A stretch of DNA of 27,738 nucleotides from Macrostomum lignano (taxonomy: Eukaryota): positions 1 to 27,738 of the forward strand of contig NIVC01002840.1 in NCBI GenBank assembly GCA_002269645.1, in the 5' to 3' direction. A program made the position numbers and the translations under genes. This document shows, piece after piece, positions 1 through 13,090 of the stretch; the first letter of the stretch is position 1; each line of letters opens with the position of its first letter. The notes under the pieces are model-generated. The model had not been told where the DNA came from. It worked only from the letters and a program-made list of their open reading frames with translations, and made no database searches.

Positions 1-128
1 GGCGGGTCCGCTTGGCCTGGCTGAAGGCCTCCACGTAGAGCAGGTCGCGGTTGGGCCAGCTGGTGCCCGGCGAGGACACAGCTCCAGGTTGAGCTCCAGG
101 CTGCATTTGTAGCGCTGCTGCCTGACAT
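1..128 (-). CDS. 5' part of a SPATA6-like gene (partial, runs off the window start; two apparent 1-nt deletions)
   Basis: Minus strand from ATG at 128, restoring one G in each of two short G runs, reads MSGQQRYKCSLELNLEAVSSPGTSWPNRDLLYVEAFSQAKRTR. This resembles the SPATA6 N-terminal domain pattern CxLxLxIxxVxxPG...D/ExxY...FxQxK+T, recalled from memory. Codon usage is GC-rich like the other host genes. Confidence 0.5.
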   Translation of the reverse strand, partial: MSGSSATNAAWSSTWSCVLAGHQLAQPRPALRGGLQPGQADP

Positions 129-1282
129 TTGCGCTGCTAAGTCAGCTGCACTGAAGATTTTATTTGGGAAGTGGTTATTTTTGGGGAAATGGGAGTTTAC
201 TAAAGACATTTTTTCAGGTGCAACAACTTTCTGGTACATAAAAATATTGCAGCCACCCTAAAAACTGTGGTAGAGTAGGTGAAAAAAGTTAAGAATAAAT
301 CGTTTTATTTTTTTCTTAAAAGGAATATCTAGAACTAAGTTTTTTTATCAAACCATCATGTCATTTGTAAAATTGGCACACTTATAGAATCTGGAGTCTC
401 TTTACTATCTAATAGAAACATTCTTTTACAAACAATGAATGACATAAAACACATAATTCAATCCAAACAATTTCATAACAATATTATGTTGCCAAGGCAT
501 TTCTACTGTTTGCAACTGTTTTCTACTGTTGTCTCTTAAGCAACAATAAAATAATTTTCAATAATATATTACCCAGATCTGTGTATTTCTATCCTATCTA
601 TATGAAATTTTTAAATAAATAAATATCTAAAAGTATTAAAAAACCGAAACCAAAATAAAGGCAAAATCGTTTATTTCTTAAGCCACATCAGTTGATATTC
701 TTTTTAGCTTATCATGATGGTTTTTCAAATAGCTCTCAACACCTGGAAGTTAAATCTTTTCGCAAACTAAAAATCGAGCAAAAAATGCAACAGTGTTACA
801 TGATTTAACCCAGTACCCAGAATGCTTTTACAACCAAACCGATTCTCACGAAAGACAAAGTAGCATAAATAAATAAAGTCATCCAAATCAGCACCCACTT
901 TTTGTAGAAATTATAGTTCGATTCGGATTTTTTTACTTTAGTTGAGGTCTATTATGGGCAATTAAAAGAAAAGATTGATTTTTATAGTAAACTTCAAACT
1001 TGTTTACTAATTTTTCACGAAAATTCAAAATACAATTCATGCAATAAATTAACCGAGTTTCCATGGCGCATTCATACTTTTCAAAAGCTTTGTGCAGAAA
1101 GTTATATTTTTTAACTAATTATTATTTCATAATTATTTTTTTGATAAAGTACGATGGTTGCATTACCGCTGTAATTGATTTTGTTTTACTCAACAAGCCG
1201 TGCATTAAACGAAAAATAAATGTATTTCTGCAACCTTGAGCAATTCCCTGCCCAATGTCTTTAAACCCGCATTGCCATAGTG

Positions 1283-1670
<388 letters not shown>

Positions 1671-3347
1671 ACTGGTAATAAAGTTGGGCTCAGGCGAATA
1701 GCCTATTTGGCCAAAAAAGTCAATGTTTAATAATTAATTTAATAATAATTCGAAAAGGAGCTATATAGGGCTATATAGGGTACTTTTACATGATAAATAC
1801 GATTTTTAGCTCGTCACTATTGTACATGTATGAGTGACTTTTAATTTATGGCCGCAGGCCGGGGAGCATTACGCTCATAATACCGCAGTACTTTAATTAT
1901 TTTATGAAGGATCAAAGAGAAAGAAATTCGCAAGGGGATACCGTTTTAGCTTTGCATAAAAAAGAAATGTGTGGAGGGACAATACATATAAATGCGGAAA
2001 GGAGTTTTTAATATAACCGTAAGGTCATCATACTCATGTTTGCATACATTTACAGTACAATTAGCGCATTTAATGCAGAAAGAGACCATCTAATTTACAG
2101 TCGAAACAAGCTTTTAACCAGCATAAGCGTAACTTTTACAATGATCCGATCGTATTAAAATTCAAGTGGGTCAGTTTCATGCCACGCGTAATTCATGTAC
2201 ATGTAGACTTATATAATACAATTTTCAAATGACTGAATTTAAAATAATAAATGAAACTAATGCGACCGAAGCTGTCGAAGTTAATGACCTCCACGCCATA
2301 AGTAGTGTAATTGTACCGTAAATGTTTTCGCTCTTGTATTGTAATTTTGTTAACGTCTTTGTTGTGGGATTTTAGAATAAAATATTTAGTATATAGGATG
2401 TTTAATCCTTATAGCATTGACAAATTTCTTAGCAACGACATATACATGTACATAGGAGTAGTACATGTACAGTGTACGTCACGGTCACGGGATATTTCTG
2501 CTGATCGAACGGTGCAAGTATTTAAAAAATCGATTGAGCCGTTTTTTCTGAAATCAATCAAAGACATGGATGGAAAAGAACAATTTTTGTACGGTGCAAG
2601 CATCCGGTACGATCGAACATTCCCGCGAATCCCTAATATTAGCAAATTTCGCAGGTCACTTATCAATTAACTTGCTGAGTCAAGTGGTCCGGAGCGAGGT
2701 TAAGTCAAACTTTCTCCAGGAATTAAAAATAACTATGCAATTTATTGAACCATATAGGTTACTAATTGACACAAAGGTTAATTGCATTCGGTTGAGTAAA
2801 CAGATAAAAAAATTTGCCAATCCTACTTCCCTAACCCTTCACAGGCATGAGCTAGCTAGGTTGGCGGCTGCAATTGTCCATGGCCAGAAAAATAATTCAC
2901 GTATCGCTGATGTAGGTGCGAGGTGAGAATGCCCGAGCACTGACTCAATTAATTCCAGTATTAAAAAATATTGTACACGCAATTTCAACATGCTGATGCA
3001 GATGCAGATGAAGTCAACAACAGATAGGCCAGAATATTCATTAGCTAATCATTAACGCAGCCACCAGGTCTTGCCGTCTATGTATGCAGGCAAATATATA
3101 TTTTATGGTAAACGAATTCTCATGGGCAAAAACAAAAACTTTATGTAAGAATTCCTAATGTCAAGTTTGATGTGCTCTGATACAATAAAACGGTGTTATT
3201 TTCTTGGTTTTAGAGAATAGAGGACAAAGAGTTGAAGATAGTTGATGTTTGCACGCTCCTATTCTCAAAATTTAGCATTTAACACGAATGACCAAAGCCT
3301 CAAAACAGCAGAAAAATGGCGATTTCTTGTTAATTGTAGTCTCAAAG

Positions 3348-4470
3348 TCAGCGCAGAAGGCCGAAGAAGCTGCGGAGCTCAGCTTCCGTCATCGTGTCGT
3401 TCATGATGGCCACCGCCTGCACCGTGCCCTTCAGCATTCGCAGGTCGCCAGGTCGAAATCCCAAGCGGATGCAGTTGCATGTCGACACGGCAGAGTTACG
3501 CTGAGAACCAGTGTTCACAGCAGACCGCGGCACGAACCCGGAGTTAGAGAAGAAGTCGCGGCTTGACGGAGACGCAGAAGTAACGCCGACCTCAACGAAT
3601 CCATTCGGGTCAAACGAGTTCGTGGCAGAAGGCGTGAAGTACTCAAAGTAAGATAAAGCCACCCTAAAGAAGTACAGGCCCCATCTGCCAGTCCAGCCGT
3701 CCCAAAACGCCGCGCCCCGATCCCCTGGGGAGTCGCAGTTGTAGGATTCGAGCAGCGGTGCCTCCACTCGGACAGTGCGCTTGAGCCTGACCAACCACGT
3801 GAGTCCCTGCTGCACGCTCGCGAACTCCACGTTCTCCAGCCACATCTTGGACGACACTCCGTCGAGCTTGGCTCCCTCGCTGCTCCACTCCACATTCTCC
3901 GACATCCACTGCTGCGTCTGGCCGCACACCAAGTTGCTCCTGCTGGCGTCCGCATCGTCGCTCATCACCCAGACGGCCCTCAGCTTCGAGCCCACACCCA
4001 GCATGAGTTTCCTGCTCAAGGTGAGGAACTTGGCGGCTCTGTCATCGGCGAATGCAGCACAGCGGCGAGACTGCGAGCTCTCTGCAGCAGCGAGTCCATC
4101 GATGAGGTGGCATACTGCGGTGTACTGGAAGAGCGAGCACTGGCGAGTGTTCGAGTCGAACTGGGCCACCAGCAGTTTGCTCGAGGCGCCGTAATCGAGG
4201 CACTCGATGATGCCTCTCTGAATCTGGGTCGCCCGCACTGCCAGATTCTCAGGCAGGCACTGCGGGCTACTCAGACGGTGCCAGAGGCCCGGCGGGCTTC
4301 CGGAATGGACCAGCTGGGCCAGGCTTAGAAGTGAAAACAGCAGAATCGGACCTGAAAGTCATGAAAAGGAACAACACAGAACTGGTTTGGCTGCAAGCCT
4401 CCTACGATGAAGTGTTTCCATTCGACAAGATCTTACCGAATAGTCTTCGCTCCGAGATTCGAGGCGACAT
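3348..4470 (-). CDS. Secreted protein with PAN/apple-like N-terminal module and LamG/concanavalin A-like jelly-roll domain, copy 1 (2 exons: 4470-4437, 4351-3348; 345 aa)
   Basis: Exon 1 is MSPRISERRLF-G with donor G|GTAAGA at 4436. The acceptor TTTCAG| precedes 4351 and the phase-1 junction restores the frame. Hydrophobic leader PILLFSLLSLAQLVHS; Cys-spaced module (ECLDY...F...QCSLF); C-terminal LKGTVQAVAIMNDTMTEAEL resembles the LamG_3 end motif G.i.ev.iyn.als..ei. The domain names are by motif resemblance only. Confidence 0.7.
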
Positions 4471-4570
4471 GGCTGCAGCTGTCCGGTCACTTTATTCAGG
4501 AATAACTCAGCTGAGTCGATGTGACTTCGGCTTATGACTTAGCGTGCTGAATTTATCTGAGCATTCTAGG

Positions 4571-4650
4571 CAAGGACCACTAGAAGTTACCGTTGTATCA
4601 GGACGCAACACTCGTAAATATTGCAAAATTATTTGAAGGCCCGCTTGTTT
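4571..4650 (+). repeat. P-element left terminal inverted repeat (80 bp)
   Basis: Reverse complement of 10993-11072 with a single mismatch (ATTGCAAAATT vs ATTGTAAAATT). Confidence 0.96.
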
Positions 4651-6376
4651 GCATTGCAGCTTAACTTTAAATGCTCATAACTCCGGACTGGTTGCACTTT
4701 GAAAGATAATTTTTTCGCCAGGTTGCTCGAAATTTTGTTCTCTTAAACATATAACAAACTTTAGCGCTATATCTACATGTAGGAGCGGCGGGCGTACAGT
4801 AAAGTAACGGCAATACACAATATTTCATTGCATACAAAATGAATAAAGTTTCAGTTACTTCAATTATTGCCTCCTAGTCTCGATAAAGTAGCAGACCATA
4901 CAACATACTCTGTAGTTGGAAGCTTTATAAAGCGGATAATCTGTACAGAGTTCAGTGGGCTGCAAAGGCGTCACTTCACTATCAAAAACCAGTATTATAA
5001 AAATCAGAAAGGCGCAGTATTTTTTAAATCTTGGCACACCTGCCCAACAAGAACTCCAACATTCATAATCTTTCTTTTGCTGTTCAAATGAACAGTAGGA
5101 GTCAAATAAAACTTGTACAGTAGCACAACTTTATTTGTATTTAAGTTCAATTTCGATATAAAAACCTCTAATTTCATAAAGAATACATGCGAAATAAGAA
5201 AACAAAGTCAAAAAGCAACAATAAGCCAATGTATTTTAAACTTAAACTTTCATACCAATCAAGTCATTCTGTCTAAAAAATCTCTTAAAATCACAAAGCA
5301 TAATGAATCACAGTACTTCACCATGTTAGCTCAGCAGACATTGATGGATGAACATCTAGATTGGATGATTTGGCACACCTGAAATGAAACCAATTTGGGA
5401 TTAATAAATACCTGCTTTGCAATGAACAACAAAACAAGCCTTGTTTTGAGTAAATGAATACATTTTCTCTATAACCTAATATGTATGAAACAAAGCTTAA
5501 ACCATCAAATCACAGCTGGTTTAACTAACATGAAACTGACAAACTAACAAATTAAAGTACATTGAATATGGATATAAAGGTAATGATAATAAGAAACTGT
5601 AGTTAAACTAAACAAACATCTCAACCGTCAATCTGCAACATTTGTAAACAATATGGTTCATAAAATAATTGTAATGACAAGACTAACAACCTACTTATTG
5701 CACTGATGAAAAACAAGATAAGGTTTACAATCTTGTATAAAGATAGTTAGAACAATAGCTTTAGATAAGTCTATAAATGGTATACATCCGGCTATACAGA
5801 ATTGTCTTAGGCCTAATAAATAAGGAAAGAGAATTATACACATTTAGACTTCAAAGTATATTCAATTGTGAATTTATATACTCTAATATATTGCTGTATT
5901 GACAACAAAAAACTATAACAAACTATAAGCCATGTTGCTAGGAATGCTAGTTAAACAAACAAATAAATCTTACACATTGTTTACACATTGTCTATAACAC
6001 TGTGTAAAACTATATTTGTCTTTAGACTAAAATGTTTTTTTCCTATTTGTCATTCTAATGTATAGTAAAAAATAGTACTCCTTTACCCTTGACTTCAGTT
6101 TTGAACATATAACTTCAGCTTAGTGAAATGATATAATTAATCTAATCCAAATCAAATCTAATCTAATTCTATAATTCTATTCAGTATAGCAAAAATGAGT
6201 GTCTTGTTCTAAAGTGGTATTGGTAAATGATTTACTTAAACAGCATAGCTCAACCAATTTTGAAGCATTTAACTTCACTTAGCTATAAAATCAACAATCA
6301 GGTAACTAGAATACAAAAAAATAATCAACAGACTTATTAATGACTTTTAAAAACAATTTTTGCATGTAAAGGGTAA

Positions 6377-6695
6377 TAGATGCCTACAAAATTATAAACA
6401 AAACTGTACATTTGACAAAACTGTCAACAATTTTCTAACAAACAGTAGAATGTTAGCCTGTAAGTAATTAAATAGATGCCTACAAAAATATGAACAAAAC
6501 TGTACATTTGACAAAACTGTCAACAACTTTCTAACAAACAGTAGAATGTTAGCCTGTAAGTAATTAAATAGATGCCTACAAAAATATGAACAAAACTGTA
6601 CATTTGACAAAACTGTCAACAACTTTCTAACAAACAGTAGAATGTTATCCTGTAAGTAATTAAATAGATGCCTCCAAAAATATGAACAAAACTGT
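6377..6695. repeat. 96-bp tandem repeat, ~3.3 copies, inside the P element
   Basis: TAGATGCC unit starts recur at 6377, 6473, 6569 and 6665. Confidence 0.93.
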
Positions 6696-6870
6696 TCAAA
6701 CTTTTTAATAGACTCAACTAACTTAAGCAAACTTAAATTGATACAAAAGCTTGCAATAAATTATAGCTATCCCCAAAGTATATAAAAAATTCATGGGCTT
6801 CAAGAAATACATCTGAGTATGCCAGCAATTGGTCAACTAGCCAGAGTGTGATAATAAAGAATGTAGCAAA

Positions 6871-9797
6871 TCATTCATGTTGTAGTTTACGTAGTCTACG
6901 TCCATTGGCATTGAAAGTATGCCGAGGTATCTCTGATGACTTACGCACTAGGCCTTTGAAAAAAGTATTTGCAAGCCGGCGAGCAATAGATGATAGTTGA
7001 TCCTTTTGAATATCAAAGTCAACAAGTGACTCAAAAGTATATAGAAAAAGGCGAATTGTATGGCTGGCACACTTCAGTGACATCATACCAAAGAGTGAGT
7101 AGCACATTGATGCATAGACAATTAGCCATTCAGGAGGATGTTGCAATTTTCCTCTAGATAAAAGGTTAGTAAACTCACTATCTGGTGCCTGTACAGTTTG
7201 AGCAGGAAATACTTCAGGCACTTCTAAGGACTCCTTCATTGAAATATAGCCGCAGATATAATACAGAGTTACTCTTTCATCCAGTGATACCTCTTCAATT
7301 TGGCCTGGCAAATTATCAATTAACTCAATCTCTTCAAATGACATTGTGCCAGTACAACAGCTGTCTTGTGCTTGGCAGTTCATAGATGGTGCATCAATTT
7401 GCAGGTCTGCATACAGTTGCATTCTTCGTAGGCGGGCTGAGAGCATTATCTGCTCAACTGATATATAATAGCAGCCCCCATGTCCTTGTCTGTAAATAGA
7501 AAATTCTCCTTCAAGTCTGTCTGATTGAAGCTCACCTAGAGAATGTGTATAAATAAAAATTAAATGACTCACTTACTTTGAAAAGGTACTTTTATCTAAA
7601 TCAACTTTCACTACTTACTGGTATACACTTATTCTTACCTAATAACACATAGGAAAATTTACAGTCTTTTAGTAAATATCTGCTCAGTTCAACCAGCCCT
7701 TTTGATGTCTGTATAGCAGCCTTGCGAGTTTCCGAAGTAAGCGATCGTAAACGTCCAGGTCCTCGACCTCCAGGCATCCGTTCTAATACTTCGGCAAACA
7801 TACTTAGTAACTTAAGATTGCTTGACTCTTCAGAGAAAATTGGACTACGTGTATCATCATGCAGCTGCATATGAGATGTTGTTGATTTTACATTAACCAC
7901 TTTCCAAAACTTAAGGATAAAATCTATAAAAGTGGCTGTACCATAAAACCCATGAAGTTGAAGAGCAGCAATTGTCTTTTCATTAAAAACTTGAAGAACT
8001 AAAGATACCTTCTGACGTTCCAATGGAGATGGATGGCATGATTGTGGACTAAGTGTTATAGGTTGAACAACATGAAGCTGTGATTTCTGCTCAATATCTA
8101 TAATATCATTCCAATTAGCTTGACAAATAGGCCCTTCTGGTAAAAGTTGAAAGTCAATAATCTTTGAGCCTTGAGTATACCAATTATTGCGAATGTTTTT
8201 CAATAGATGAACTGTGTCATATAATAGAAACAAAGGTAGGCTTTGATCTACTGGGTTAATTGCCTTCCAGGGTGCATCCATGTTGTCAAACTGAAACTTC
8301 TGGTAGCAGATACGGTTGATGAAATGATTGTCACAAATAAGACTTACAACCTGCCCATTGCATTGATGAATAACCCTAATTAGTTTTACAATTTGTTGGA
8401 ACAAGAAGTTGGGTTTTAAACTATAAACAGGAATCAGCCTAGCCACAAATGATTGGGCTCCATGAATGGTTTTATCATTAAGGCTAGGATAGTACGAGCC
8501 AATTGTGTTGGTACATCCTCAGCATAGCCAACTGTATGTCCACCTCGGAAACGAGCTGATGGTAAAACGTATACTTCATCAAAAATAACAGTACACAACT
8601 TCTGTGACGGAGTCAGTTGGCCAAAATGTGTGCTCACAATGGTCTTACAATCTAAGTCTGTTCCAACATTACCAAGACCACCAAGATGACGCTTTAGAGT
8701 TGTAGCATGCGGTAGAGTCATAAGGTGCCTTGCTGACCGATAAGCATTAGTGCCAGATAGGAAGATCTTCATGGCTGTTAAAATGTCTGATGAATTATAA
8801 TAGTGCCCATTTGATGATAAGGACAATTCCAGTTGACGAAGAAGAAACAGTTGCTTGGAGCTACATGGTAACTTTCGAATGGTTGCCACACTAGACTTGA
8901 TCTCATCACTAATTGTCAATGGGGCCTGTTTGACCCTATTGACAATAGCTTCAAGTTGACTAAAGCGTTCTAGTTTCCATTGAAATCCTAGGAGGTCAGT
9001 TACCTTGACAACACTGTTCTGTCGATAGGCTTCAACAGTGAAGTCACTATTAACACAGATATAGAATTCAACTGCACGTTCAAATATGGTCAAGAACAAA
9101 ACATTCGAATCCGAAACTTGCACAAGCCAGCCAACTAAGAAGGGAAGAGCTAAAGCAGCAACTTGGAAAGCATTCCACGAACAGATTCAATCGGCTTTGT
9201 TAAATGCAGGCATTTGATCTGGTTCTTGACCACGCTGTGACAGGGAAATGCCTCTTTTAACAGCCTGCCTTGACTTCTCTAAAAATATTTTTGAATTACA
9301 AACAACAACACATTATAAAAGGCAATCCAACTTTACCTGAGCTATAGGTTATATAACATGCTATATGATAGGGCATATTGTTAACTTACTTGGATATGTT
9401 TGGCGCATATCACTTTTCTTAGCAAATTGAAAAATAGAAGGTGGGTCCCTAGGTCTTGTGAACCGCTTGACTTTTACCATGGGGGCATCATCTTCCCAAT
9501 GCTTTCGGCAAATGCCCATGAACTTAGAGACATTCTACAATTTATATATAAACTTTAGAAAGTTAATTATTTTTACTATACATTTTAATTATTCAAAAAT
9601 TATATTGATCTCAATTATTTACTTTTAAAGAATAAAGTAACTCATTAAAAGGTCATTTTATTCACCTTAATAGACGATGGCAATGCATTAATCCATCGGC
9701 AATGCTCAGCCTCATCTTTAGGAAAGCCAAATATAGCTACCTTCTCTTCATTGCGATAGTTACTTCTACAAGATGGTATGCAACATTTCATGGGCAT
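6871..9797 (-). CDS. THAP-domain P-element transposase, 4 exons (9797-9666, 9534-9390, 9278-7639, 7535-6871); one in-frame stop (9189-9187) and one 1-nt frameshift (~8460)
   Basis: The C2CH THAP domain is split by intron 1 (MKCCIPSC...FGFP...W | ...ICRKHW...PPSIF). P-type catalytic motifs: IFDEVYV, LICDN, YDTVHLLKNIRNNW (DxxH) and GELQSDRLEGEFSIYRQGHGG. All three introns are GT-AG with consistent phases (0,1,1). Confidence 0.92.
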
Positions 9798-10992
9798 GGT
9801 TTGATAATTTTTTGTGAGTACACTGAAATTGTTAGATTTATAAACCAAAAAATTGAAACATTTCAGTTATCTCACTTTACATTTTAAAATATTAGACCCA
9901 AAACATAAACTATGAAAAAACAAATGAAAGCCAAAAAGGGTTTTAATAAGTGAATAACTGTGTATTATATTAATGCACAGATTTGAAAGTGAACACAAAC
10001 TGGTAATAAAAGAAAAACAAATAAAAAAGTAGCAGAAATATTTTTTCTTCTAAAAAAACACCAATATTAATAAATAAAGGCCTTTTAAAAAATTGTACCT
10101 AACACAATTGAAAAGCTGCTATTTGACATTAAAAATAGGTGCTGCAAATGTCTTCAAGACAGTAATACATTACAATATTATTACACTGATAAAAATTGGA
10201 AAAAATAGTGTTTTCAACACAAAAATAAATAGGCCTAAAGAAATTGAAAAGCCAGTATAATAAACTTTAGCCTTGTTGTTTCTAGTGGGAAACCAACTTT
10301 TAATATGCTAAAATATGTCTGCTACAAAAGGACAAAAGAATAAAAAGCATAGGTTAGTCAGCTAAAGCAACATCTTATTGGTTGGATACATTAAAAACAA
10401 ATAAACTATCATTTAACTTGTCTGATACTAACATCAAGCATGAGTACATGAATTAGTCCTAGTCTTCAGTAATAATAATAATAGGCCTAGGCCTAATAAT
10501 AATATTAATAATAATAATAACTAGGCCTAATAATCATGGTAGGCCTAGGCATAGGCCTAGTAGCTGTTGGAGTTTCAGTATGATAGGCCTAATGTCATAT
10601 GATAGCCTGTCATAGCTAGCTAAAGTGTAAAGGCTAAGCTTATAAGTTATAAAATAATATAGACCTACTGGTTAAATTACTTTCTGGTTGATAGTAAGTT
10701 AGTTAGAAGCCCTTCTGATCCTTTGACCTTTTCTCAAGCTTTGTTGAATTCTCAGTACTATGACTAGCAGTATCTGCTGTCTGCATAAAACCTTAGGGGG
10801 CCTAGGAAATATTAAAACGAGTTGCATTTAATGATATAATTACTCAAAATATCTAGATTACAGCCTAAATAAACTATAAATACACATATTATATGAAGCT
10901 TCTGAGGCTCAAATGTAGTGTATGCTTCTTTAAAACAGTCGACTTAAGTCGAGTAGATGCTTTTTTGAAGGCAAGTACCGATAAATACACGT

Positions 10993-11072
10993 AAACAAGC
11001 GGGCCTTCAAATAATTTTACAATATTTACGAGTGTTGCGTCCTGATACAACGGTAACTTCTAGTGGTCCTTG
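10993..11072 (-). repeat. P-element right terminal inverted repeat (80 bp)
   Basis: Reverse complement of 4571-4650, followed immediately by TSD ATTCTAGG. Confidence 0.96.
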
Positions 11073-12980
11073 ATTCTAGGACGCTGGAAATTCCTCTTCA
11101 TCATGCTGCAATTTGATTGGCTGTTCAGGGGTGGCGAATGCTTTCTGGAGCTTTCAGTGTGGCTTGATTGGAACTGGTGCGATCGAAACTGCATTGCAGA
11201 CACCCCAGTCACCGCTGACACCAAATGTCGCGTCCACCCCTGTTTATCGGATCAAGTGTCGATCCAATGCATTAGTGGCGGTGCTCACTGGATTTTGGAG
11301 TCAATTTCTACTTTTTAAAACAAACAATTTTGAGCAAGCGATTCTGTAACTAATTTCCCAGCTACGAGCTACTTCTCCGGTGCAAAGTTTCTAAAACAAG
11401 TAATGAAGACCACATAGCGATCCAAGCGCATCTGATGGTGTTTTATCCTATTCATCATCCATGAAGCATTAAGCGTCAGTTTTTGTTTACCCATTTTTAT
11501 CTGCAAATGTTTCTAAATTATTTGAATAGGCATCATGGCTGATCCAGCCATGCAGCTTCTTCAATCACTCAAGCCAGAATCAGCCTGCAGGCGTTTTTGC
11601 CGGTTCCGAGATGATGCCTGTTGTGTTACCCTGGCGTGCTGACTTTGTTAAACTCACGAGCTGGAGAAATAACTGATCGAGCTCACTACTCAAAGCACGC
11701 AACTCAACGGCCTCTAGAAAGCTTTGCAACAATCTTTACTCTTAGTAGTAGTTAAAGGTGTTTACATCTGAAGTCACCATTCACTTCATACTTCCTTACC
11801 AGGTTAGACACTTCTAAAGAGTTCTGCGCATGTATGCAAAAAATGAAGCTGATAAACAAAATCCTGACGTGTCGTTACCGATTGATCAATCCTGATTAGC
11901 TTGGCCTTCTAAACAGTCACAGTCAAATTGAATTGATAATCCGATATCTCTCAAAAATACAACAGCTGCAAATTAGCCTACGCAAAGCAAAGGCATCCGA
12001 TTTCAATTTTCGTGTTTGGGGAGGGGAGGCGGAACCCCAGAAACAATTCCCGCTAGTCCGGGCTCGTGTACGCACCCAATGCTGCGGTCACGTCACAGCA
12101 GAGTCAGCTGGGGCCAAACTACTCGAGTAGTTCCGAATGTCTCTGCACGCATACCATGCTGTGCCAATTGAGATCAGACGGGCGTACGACGCTCCGAATC
12201 CCAGCTGGGCCCTAAAACAGTCAAACCCAACTAAAGACGAAACAACAAACGTCTTACGTGGTACAGCAGCGATGAAACTAGGTCGTATAGGGAGAGTCGT
12301 ATATTTCTGACAGATTCGAGCTGAGAGCGCAGACGGACCGGATCACAGACAGGGGCAACGCAATCGCATAAGCGGCCCATAGGGGAGTTCTCAATAAATA
12401 GAGCTTGCAGACTTGAACACACGGGGAGGGGAGACAGAAAAGGGGGGTAGAAAACTGGGACTTAGGCAGCTAAAAAACGGTTCAGCCAATCAAAGCGAGC
12501 GAGATAACAAAAGGACAGAAGGGTCGATCGCGCCTCAACCCTGGGACAGCCAATCGCGCGCGAGACGGCCGGGTTAGAAAAGGTGACGCCAACACAACCA
12601 GTGACTGCAGCATGCATTAAAAGGGGAGCTGAGAAACAGACAAATTAATAAATACACAAATAGAATTAAAGCCTTAACCAACAGGCGTCTCAAAGAAAGA
12701 AGAGCAAGAGAGGGTAACCCCATGCTGTCAGTACAGTGCAATTGAGCAATGAGCACAGGTATGTCAATACAATAGACAAAGTCGGAGTGACTGAATAAGT
12801 ACTACAAGTGCAGGAGAATTCATCACAAAAGAAGGGTTCTCTTTTAATAAATCTTCACATGCAGCCATAGAACAACGAAAGTAACTTAGTACGTTAGTAT
12901 AGTCTGCGATGCGCGTAAGGCCAAAATATTGAATTAAAGATTAATCACACAGAATCATTTCGTAACAAAGCATCGGTGTT

Positions 12981-13017
<37 letters not shown>

Positions 13018-13023
13018 CTCTCT

Positions 13024-13054
<31 letters not shown>
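12981..13054. repeat. Compound dinucleotide microsatellite (TC)n(TA)n(TC)n(TG)n
   Basis: Read directly from the sequence. Confidence 0.95.
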
Positions 13055-13058
<4 letters not shown>

Positions 13059-13090
13059 GTTGAATTGCACGGACCGAGCTGCTTGCTGAG

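Larger units (their letters stand above)
4571..11072 (-). mobile_element. Complete P-superfamily DNA transposon, 6502 bp
   Basis: 80-bp TIRs at 4571-4650 and 10993-11072 (start CAAGGACCACTAGAAG, one mismatch). 8-bp TSD ATTCTAGG at 4563-4570 and 11073-11080. Internal THAP/P transposase. Confidence 0.96.

Noticed and set aside
1671-3290. Short ORFs (2311-2926) and a possible non-autonomous element with a GGCC-GCA-GGCC hairpin at ~1850
   Set aside because: No recognisable protein, TIR pair or TSD found by eye; probably a repeat remnant but unclassifiable here.
3288-4328. Multiple overlapping and antisense ORFs across LamG copy 1 (and 13032-14094 in copy 2; 17683-18198 in the Tctex-1 gene)
   Set aside because: Expected shadows of GC-rich coding sequence; shared between copies only because the DNA is duplicated.
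4860-5400. Possible extra spliced gene in the P-element 3' arm (two CAG|GTGTGCCAA acceptor-like sites at ~5380 and ~5040)
   Set aside because: No consistent frame or recognisable product could be assembled.
6392-6730. 112-aa ORF with 32-aa repeats
   Set aside because: A by-product of the 96-bp tandem repeat; non-ATG start and no domain.
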